64,000 bases of DNA from Mantamonas sphyraenae STR306 (Eukaryota > Protista > CRuMs), in contig JAPMXV010000050.1 in NCBI GenBank assembly GCA_026936335.1, positions 186,001 to 250,000 of the forward strand. The letters are read 5' to 3'. The notes below the pieces were generated by a model. That model saw nothing but the letters and a program-made list of their open reading frames with translations, made no database searches and was not told the DNA's origin. Each line of letters opens with the position of its first letter. Within the stretch, counting starts at the first letter, position 1. This document shows positions 55,160 through 64,000 of this stretch, in pieces. The position numbers were made by a program, and so were the translations under genes.

Positions 55160-58100
55160 ATGTCCAGCAGCCTGTGGAAGAAGAGTGTGCTGGAAAAGAG
55201 CCGGCCAAAGGTTGGACGGACATTCGTGGGCCTGGTGCAGGCGGTGACGGCGATCAAGAAGAGCAACCAGAGCCTGACGAAGCTGGAGCTGTTTGAGCGG
55301 GCAGTGAACGAGCTGTGGTACGAGCCGTACTTTTACAGGTGCCCGTTTGACAAGCTGGGCCGCAGTCTGAACATGTTTGCCGAGTCACTGACGGGTGAGT
55401 GGTGATGAGGGGCGAGGAGGCAGAGGGTGTGGGTGTGTAAAGGGCGGGAGCATGCGTGGGGCGCGGGTGAAGGGTGGGGAGATGGCGGGAAGTCGGCGGG
55501 CTGGAGGACGTTTGGCGGTCGTACAGGCGCAGAGGAGGTGATCTAACACACGGGATTGGCACCACACAGACGAGTATGAACCGGAACGCAAGCGAGCGTA
55601 TGCACGTGCGTGGAAAGTGTTCCATCGGAGCCTGGAGCACCCGGAGCCAGTGTGCCGTTACATGGCGCTTGAGGCTTTGCGGGAGGCGTACAGCGGGATG
55701 AACAGCACGCTGATCAAGTCGGACGGGTTGGGACTGAAAAAGAAGATTATGTACACGTTGGTGGATATGATTGAGGGAGACGAGCATGTGGACAACCGGA
55801 TGAACGCGATCTGGCTGCTTGGGCGGATCGGAGAGAGCACAGCCCCGCTGAATGCCGACGACGTGAAGTTGGTCGGTGATGTGTTTATGCTGTTGCTGCG
55901 TAGGTTGTGTGTGATGTTGAACCGGGAGTATTGTGAGATGTTTAATGAGGAGGAGGGAGAGGAAGGAGAGGAGGGAGAGGAAGGAGAGGAAGGAGAGGAG
56001 GGAGAGGAAGGAGAGGAGGGAGAGGAAGGGGGAGAGGAGGGTGAGGAGGGAGGAGAAGAGGGGAAGGGGCGAGAGGAGGTGGTGGACGGGGAGGCGGATC
56101 CGCAGGCGGAAAAGATCTTTCTGTTTGAGGCGGTGGGGATGTTTGTGAGCGTGGCAAACAAGGTGCCTGTGATCAGGAAGCATCTGGACACGGTGATCCG
56201 AGCCGTGTTTGTGGAACTGAAAGTGTGCGCCGAAGTGGCGGAAATGGCGGAGGAGGAGGAAGCGGAGAAAGAGGAGGCGGAGGAGGAGGTGGTGTTCTCT
56301 GTGTACACAGTGCTGAAGCTGCTGAATTACAAGCTGCCCAAGGACGCGGTGACACGTGCAGTGGTGGGACCGCTGTTTGTGACGATGGTGCGTGCGTACG
56401 TGAGCAGCAGCAACCGTCGGGTGCAGCAGGAGGCGATGAACTTTATCAGCATCTGGTTTCCGGTGAACAAGCAAGCGTTTTCGCGATTCCTGCTGTCGGG
56501 ACTGCGCAAGTTTGCAGCCCTGCTGCCGCCGGATGAACCGCAGGCGCAGGACACAAAGGCGGAGATCGAAGTTCTGGAGAGCAATTGCCAGCTTGAGGCG
56601 AGGGCAAAGCGGGAACGAACAAAGCGCGTGCGCAAGCTTCTGGAGATTCCAGGCACGAGCGCAGTGCTGCATGCAAGCGGAGAGCGCAACAAGAACGGAG
56701 ACGCGGTGTTTACGAGCGAGGCGCTGCAAGGGTCGACGCTGCCGCACACGGGCAAACTTGCAGTGGCGTTGGCTGGAGTCGGGGAGGAGGCGGAGGTGAC
56801 GATTCGTAGGCTGCTGCCACAGCTTCCAGGAGTGCCGCGAGGGGCGACGACGGTGCCGCCGGTGATGTTTGGGAACGCCGACCGGAACGAAGAGATCTTT
56901 TCGGACGAGCGGGAGACGGAGGACACGCTGCCGTACGGATTCACGACGCAACCGCCGGCAAGTCTGGTGACATCGAACATCCCGCCGCACATGTCTCTGA
57001 AGCCGCCGGATGTGGGGAGCGAGATGGGGGCGATGCAGCTGGGCATCCGTGGGGGTGACCAGGCAAGCGAGTATGTGCAGGACCGGGTGAGCAAGAACCC
57101 GGATTTTGCGACCAATGCGCCTCTGGTGATCGAGGTTCAGGAGGAGGTGCGGGCAGAGGAAGGGCTGCCGGGGTACATTGTACGCACGATCCAGGGGCGT
57201 GTACTGTCGCAGTCGGAGCACATCAGCAGGAGCGGCGTGGACGTGGTGTTTGACGAATGGGGCATGGAGGTGGAGGATCCGTACAGCGTGGGGCGAGTGC
57301 TGTACATCCAGGCGTCGCACAAGCCGAACGCCACGGTGCGTGCAAAGGCAAAGCGGATGACGGCGCGTGAGAAGCTGGACGCAATCCTGGCCGGCAGAGA
57401 CGAGGATGAAAGTGAGGGAGAGGAGGAGAGGAGGAGGAGGAAGGCAAGGGGGCCAAAGACGAAGAGGCGCCGTTGGAGATGATCCCGGTTGTGATCACAC
57501 GGGTGGAGGTAAGCAACGATGCGCAGGACGCGCTGAACGACAAGGCGCTGGAGGCGGCCGGGATTGCAAGTGCAAAGGAGGAGGAAGAAGCAGAGAGGCA
57601 GGAGCGTGAAGGAGACGACAAGAGCTCGACGGTGAGCGGAAGCAGCGCAGGGACGGGCACAAGCAGCAAGACGTCGCAGGGAAGAGGAGGAGGCGGAGGC
57701 GGAGGCGGGAGCACGGGTGTGTTTCAGTACGACGAAAGCAACCGGTTTGTGCCGCGTGCGGTGGTGCCGCCGCAGCCAGATGCGTTTGACGAGTCGTCGC
57801 ACGCGCTGTACGCACACGCAGCGACGGTGAACACACTGCTGCCGAGCGGATTTCTGGAGGACGGAAGCCCGTTCTACAGGCCGTACGTGGACGCGAGCGG
57901 AGACAAGGTTGTGCAGGAGGCGGTGGTGGGATTCACACGCGAGGGCAAGGCGATTTTTGTGAAACCTCACGGCGAACTGCCGAAGCCGAGCGGGTACACA
58001 GAGCACGGGATCCCGTACTACGTGGCGTCGGATATGGTGGAGCAGGTGGATGCGTTTTACGAAAAAGTGCGGTCCAAGATGGTTGCGCGGCGGCGTGTGG

Positions 58101-61100
58101 GCAGTCCAAAGAGTGTGTACAGTGGGCGCAGCGGGCGACGAGCGAGCGGATCGCATGTGCCGTCGGGAGACGAGGTGTCGACGCGGCGCAAGTCGTGGAA
58201 GCAAATTGTGGAGACGAGCCGAGACCGGGGCGACCTGGACACGATCCAAGAGCACTCGGGTGGAAAGGTGGCCGAGGAAGCGGAGGACAGGAGTGGGATA
58301 GATTCCGGACGAGGGAGCGGACGGCTGGAGCGGCCTGTGAGTCTGTACAGCGCGCGAAGGCGGAGGACAAACAGCACCCTGAGCAGCCTGAGCGAGCTGG
58401 ACGAGCTGGAGGAAGAAGAAGAAGGAGAGGAAGGGGATGAGGAGTACGAGGAAGGAGGCGGAGGGCTCGGAGGAATTGCAGAGCAAAGTGAGGAGGACGA
58501 AGAAGCACGTGAGCGGCGCATGAGCTCGCTGAATGTGCCGACGATTGCGGTGCTGGACGAAGAGGAAATTGACGAACTGGAGGAGATGATGGACCAGTAT
58601 GGACTGGATGATGAGGAGGATGCGGAGGAGGAGGAGGGTGCGGAGAAGGAGGGTGGAGAGGAGGGCGAGGAGGAAGACGACAGTTACCTGGACGAAATCG
58701 TAGACGTAGAGGTGGAAGTGCCGATTGTGGTTGTGGACGGGGAAGGGTCGGAGGACGGAGAGCCCGAGGTGGGTGGAGGCGAGGAAGGGGAGGAGGAGAA
58801 CGAATTGGACGGGACTCCGACAGCGAACACAAGCAGGGGCAAGGCAAAGACAAAGATTGAGGTGCGCAAGATGACGCGACGGGAGGCACGGGCGGCAGAA
58901 AAGGCGCGACGCAAGGCAGAGAGGCGAAAGGAGCGGATGGAGGCGAGGCGAAAGATGCGGGAGTTCCGAAAGAGCGTGACGGAATTCACAGAGGCGAACA
59001 ATCGAGCGCGTATCGAGCGGCTGAGTGCGGACGTGCTGCGGCTGATGAAGCTGAAGCGAAGGCAGATGCGATTGAACCGGGACGACATTGAGTTTGAGAC
59101 GGAAGTGGGTGGCCTGTTGCAAGGAGTGCACGGGGCGTCGGAGCTGCTGCGCAAGTCGAGCCTGAGTGGACGTGAAGAACAGGAGGCGGACCACGGGTCG
59201 TCTTCATCGGAGGAAGTGGAAGTGGGAAGCAAGCGCACGGGATCGAGGAGGAAAGGAGGGCGGAAGGGAGGAAGGAGGCGAAAGGGAGGGAGCAAGGGCC
59301 TGAGCGCAGCGGATGTGATGGCAGCGGCAATTCGTGCAGAGCGTGGGGAAAAGGTGGATCTGGAGGCGGAGGCGGAGGCGAAGCGCAAAGCGATTGCAGC
59401 GGCAAAGAAGAAGCGGCGTGGTGGAGGGAGGCGCAAGAGGAGCGGGCCAAAAGGGCGTGGAAAGAGGAAGGACGGGGAGGAAGGAGGGCAAGCGGAGAAT
59501 CTGAGCAGCATGGAAGAGTTTTACAGGTCGTTGAGCAAGGATGCAAAGAAGCAGATGCAGGTGGACAGGCGGCAGGTGATTCTGGAGAAGGAGCGAGCAG
59601 AAAAGGAGCGACGTGAGAAGGAGGCAGCGGCGGAAATCCGTGAGTACGAGGAGGCGAGGCGCAAGGAGAGGCAGGAACGGGAGAGGAGACGAAGGAGGGT
59701 GAAGGAGAAGCAGCGGCTTAAGGAGCTGCAGGAGAGCGGAGAGTTGGGCGAGGGTGTGGCAGTGGACGACGGGGAAGAGTCTGGGTCTGAGGGAGCGACG
59801 AGGAGGGTGAGGGAGTGGTGGTGGATCTGGACGACATCCGGCGGATGCATGCAGAGAGACAAGGGCAAGAGGACGACGGAGATATGGGCGAGTTTATGGA
59901 CGTCGCGGACAGCGACGAGGAAGGAGTGGCCAAGATGACGGTGGACCTGTCGTTCAAGCAGGAGCGGGTGCACTTTATGAGCACGGTGCTGGACCAGCAG
60001 TTGAAGGTGAACATGCAATACCGTGTGGGAATGGCCAGGAAGAAGGAGGACGGGGAGGGAGGGGACAATGATGAGGATGGCGATGATGATGATGATGAGG
60101 AGGAGGAGGTGGAGGTTGTGACGGAAGGGAGCGAGCCGGTGACGTGCTTGGTGACTGTGTCGCCGGCGGAGGTGTTTTTGGTGTCGCCTGCGATTGTGGA
60201 TGTGCACGGGGTGGGGGAAATGCAGTTTGCGGTGACGTTCCGTCCGCAGGCATGCGCGACAAAGAGCGCAAGCGTGCGTGGCGTGCTCAAGGTGTTTGAC
60301 ATCTACGGAAACACAACGTTTGCCGAGTGCAAGCTGGACGCATTCTGTGGACCGATGCTTGATGTGCCTCGGCACGCAACGATCAACGCAGGGTGGCTGA
60401 TGCCGGACAAGAGCAAGCGGGTGGAGTTTCGTGTAAAGAACGTGAGCACGGGGGTGGTGAAGATGAGCGCACACGTTGATGGAGGGGCGAGCGGGAGCCT
60501 GGGGAGCACGAGTGGAAGCAGCAGCAGCGCGTTGAGCGGGCGTGGAGGGCGGAAGACGGGAGGGAAGGGATCGGGAGGTGGTGCGAGCGACGTGTTTAGC
60601 CTGGACCAGAGCAACTGGACGCTGCAGCCGCAAGAGGTGGTGACGATTGGAATTGTGTGCAAGCCGCGTGCGATGGGCCTGTACGACACGAAGCTGTGTG
60701 TGCGAAGCACGGGCGGAGAGACGTACAACATCCCGTTGTACGTGGTCGGAGGCACGCCGTTGATTGTGGGAGCCGGGAAGCGGCGGTACGTGGACGAGCG
60801 CCCGTCATCGAGTGGAAGCGTGTCGAACGGGCGTGGAGCAAGCGCAGGGGAGAGCCTGATGGTGGATGCGGACGAGACGTTTACGCCGGAACCGATCATC
60901 GACCTGCGGACGATTCTGGGCGGGAACATGACGCCGTCGTCGATGCGTGTGGACTCGCCTGCGCTGGAAGGGTTTGCGGAGCGCGGGCCGAGCGTGTTGA
61001 GCGGGTCGCTGGTGGGATTGAGTGGAGTGGGAGCTGGAGGACAGGGAGAGATCAACGCGGAGCTGAGTGTGGTGCGCACACTGATCACAGAGGTGGAGCG

Positions 61101-64000
61101 GCAATTTGCGGCGGACGGAGCGCCGAGCACACGCGTGGACTTTGGCATTGTGATGAACCGGCGGGACGTGGTGTCGCGACACATTGTACTACAGAATCTG
61201 AGTGGGGCGACAATCCTGGTGGGGCTGTACTCGACGAGCAACGTGTTTGAGTATTCGGCTACGGCGAGCGTCGATCCGTTTTCGACGACGCACGTGCCGA
61301 TTTCGTTTTCGCCCGGCACACAGCTGCCGGAAGGAGAAATCGAGGAGTACCTGTATGTGGTGAGCGAACACAGCGACGAAAAGATCTGCTTCTCGCTGCG
61401 CGGGTATGTGGGCCAGCCTTTGGAGACGCTGATGAGCGAACACAGCTTTTTCAAGCCCGCGCGGATTGCGCAGCAACGGTTCATGACGACGACGCTGTTC
61501 AACTACTCGAGCCACCGGCTGGAGTACATCCTGCGGATGGACGAGTTTCGCGTGCACGCGCAGGAATATGGGCGCGGGCAGGGAAGCGAGCAAGTGAGCA
61601 GCCGAGAGTGGCGTGCGAGCCGTGGAGAGGACGTGCTGCGTGAGGCGACGATGTCTGCGAATGTGGGCACGACGGAGGATCAGGTGGAGGTGATCGAGCC
61701 GTACGGGACACGTGAGGTGCAGCTTGTGTTTCAGCCGAGCGGGACAGGCTTCTACATGACGGAGTTGCATCTGGAGATGGTGTCGCCGCAGCAAATGGAG
61801 TTTGAAGCGTGCTCGAGCAACAGCGTCCGGCTGTACGGAATCTGCATGGAGCCGAGTGATCTGCAGCGTGTGCAGCACGTGAACAGGGAGAACATGCAGG
61901 CGTTTCTGCGATGGCTGCGGCGTGGTTGCACGCACCTGGAAGAGATGCAGTGGCAGAGTGTCGTGATCCCGGACAATGCGCTGCTGCCGCTGAATGCAGA
62001 GCGAGAACACTCGCACTTTGGGGCGAAGCGGCTGGATCTGACGCTACCGCTGCCTGCGTTGCACGAGGTGAAGGTGATCCGGAATGTGGGGGGCAAGATG
62101 GAAGTGCGGAACCCGAGGAGTGAGGAGGAGCAGGTGGAGTTCATTTGCACGCCTGGGTTCCGTGTGGCGCCGCCACGGGTGCAGGTGAGCGGAAAGGAGA
62201 GCGTGGAGCTGGACGCGGTGTTTGCGGCAGACAGGCACGACTACAGGACACACCGGGGCGTGGCGTTTGGGACAGTGAGCAACTCGGCAAACACAGAGTA
62301 TCACGTGTGTCACATGGAGTTTGTGGGTACGCGCAAGCACGGGCTTCGTGTGCAACCGGAGAGCATGGAATTTATCGGAGGGACGGATGCGCCGGTGGTG
62401 AGACGGCTGACGGTGCGGAACATGCTGAACAGCACGACGACGTGGCGTGCGAAGCTTGTGGGGCAGCGGTCTGCGAGTGCGGGAGAGGATGGCGGTAGCA
62501 GCAGCGTGACGGTGGAGCCGTTTGTGCTGCGCAAGGACCACGGTACGCTGGAGGCGCTGGAGAGCGTGGTGATCAAGATTGTGTTCCAACCGGCAGCGCT
62601 GGGAGAATTTGTGTCGAATCTGGTGTTTGAGATGGACAACGAGGAGATTGAGGCCAAGTCGCCAAAGGTGGCCAAGGTGCTGCTGACGGGGATGGGCGTA
62701 AACGTGGCGCTGGACGGACTGCCGAGCAAGATTGACTTTGGGCACGCGCTGACGGACACGCGTGTGGTAAAGACGTTCATGGTGCAGAACCACAGCCGAC
62801 ACGCAAACTTGAACGTGAACATTGTGGCAGAGGAACCATTTACGAGCGAGGAGCCGATGGTGCTGCGGCCTGGGGAGCGGACGGCAATGACGTTTGAGTT
62901 TCGTGCGAGTGAAGCGGGCACGTATGCGTCGCGGTACACGATCTTTGCGAACGACGCACACTTTGACATCCCGTGCGTGGGTGTGACGGGATCGCTGGAC
63001 GTGCGGGTCCTGGGCAACCGGGAGCAGCTGGAGTTTGAGAGCTGCCGTCTGGGGACGATGAACTCGTTTGACGTGTACCTAAGCAACGAAGGGACGCTGG
63101 ACGTGGCTTTGCAGGAGGTGACGTCTTCGGAGCCGGCGCACCTGAACGTGGAGGTTGTGGAGGTGTTGCCACGTAGCGCGATTGGAGAAATCAGCGGGGA
63201 GAAGCAATCGAAGCTGATTCCATGGAAAGTGATGAACATGAAGCTGAAGCGACTGGTGGCGAGCGTGAGGCGCCGTTCGACGACGGCGGAGCAGGTGCTG
63301 GAGGCGATGCGCTTGACGACGCCACCCACAGAGAGCCTGGGGGCAGAGTATGACAACACGATGTTTGAAGAGATGCCAAGCGAGCTGGGCGAACTGGACC
63401 CTGTGGAGCTGACGCGTCTGATCAGCGAGGAGACGTCGCGGCAAGGGCGTGGAGGCAAAACGCAGAGGCTGGAGATTGGCCACCTGCGAGGGGAGGGGAT
63501 CAGCGAAATGATGATGAACGGACGAGGCGGAGAGGAGGAGGAAAGCGACGACGATGAGGAGGAGGGAGGGCGAGGGGATGACGGGCGTGCGTCGACGGTG
63601 GTACTTGGGCCAACAGGATGGGGTCAGTCACGGGCGGCGAGCAAGAGCATGACGCCACATCCGCCGCGGCAAAGCGGGGAGCAAACACCTGTTCAAGTGA
63701 ACGAGACGTCGTCGACACGAGGTGTGGTGCGCAGCAGGAGTTCGAGTGGAGCGAGCGGAAGCGGGTCGTCGCTGATGCGCACGTCGACGAGCGTGGGGAG
63801 CAACAGTGGGAGCAACAGCACGGCGAGCAGCACGTGGCGTCCGGGGAGTCGCGGGGGAACGGTGCGCCTGAGTACGCCCGGAGTTGTGCTGGAGAGCCAC
63901 GGGAAGCGTTTGCGGACGCTCGGCCACGGAATGGTACTGCGTGTGCGCGTGTCGTTCCTGGCAACGCGGCCGCTGGATCTGGACAGCGATTTGAACTTTG
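55160..64000 (+). CDS. Giant protein (>2800 aa, runs off the window): HEAT/ARM-like N-terminus, acidic/coiled regions, tandem ASH/Ig-like domains
   Basis: Exon 1 55160-55394, intron to 55570 (ctaac branch point), frameshifts near 57428 and 59794, then an unbroken frame to 64000 with ASH-like motifs (VDFGIV...IVLQNLS; IDFGHAL...FMVQNHS; LEFESC...VYLSNEG; IVFQPAALGEF). Confidence 0.75.
55948..56065 (+). repeat. Coding 9-bp tandem repeat (GAGGARGGA)n encoding (EEG)n
   Basis: About 12 imperfect copies read directly. Confidence 0.9.

Noticed and set aside
868-59795. Programmed ribosomal frameshifting as a system
   Set aside because: No shared slippery sequence or direction; the pattern fits sequencing indels.

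Overview
Very gene-dense, GC-rich eukaryotic nuclear DNA from a flagellated protist. This is inferred from an axonemal dynein, RABL2, a giant ASH-domain-like protein, short GT-AG introns and a mitochondrion-targeted FtsZ; I cannot name the lineage. About 35 protein-coding genes are supported, with mostly 5-200 bp between coding regions and many head-to-head pairs. Recognisable genes include a DNAH6-like dynein, Cys-GPx, an LRR protein, MED11-like, RABL2, two near-identical RPS10 copies, C1D, DUS3, an MFS transporter, ISCA2, a COG3044/MRB1590-type ABC-class ATPase, NDOR1, a divergent INTS13, a HAD hydrolase, TRM61, a Rab24-like GTPase, ABHD13, R3HDM4-like, mitochondrial FtsZ and CCDC137-like. 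The most unusual items are domain fusions: class IV sirtuin-YEATS(-PB1), twin pseudo-GH16-TM-RING-H2, GHKL-ATPase-RING and beta-propeller-ALG3. Also notable are a disordered protein with alternating FLxLxV/EDPFGL motifs, multi-kb strand-skew domains that flip synonymous codon use inside single genes, and three ATG-only first exons. About eight single-base frameshifts look like long-read consensus errors. No tRNA, rRNA, CRISPR array or transposon was recognised. All family calls come from motif recognition by eye; no database searches were run.
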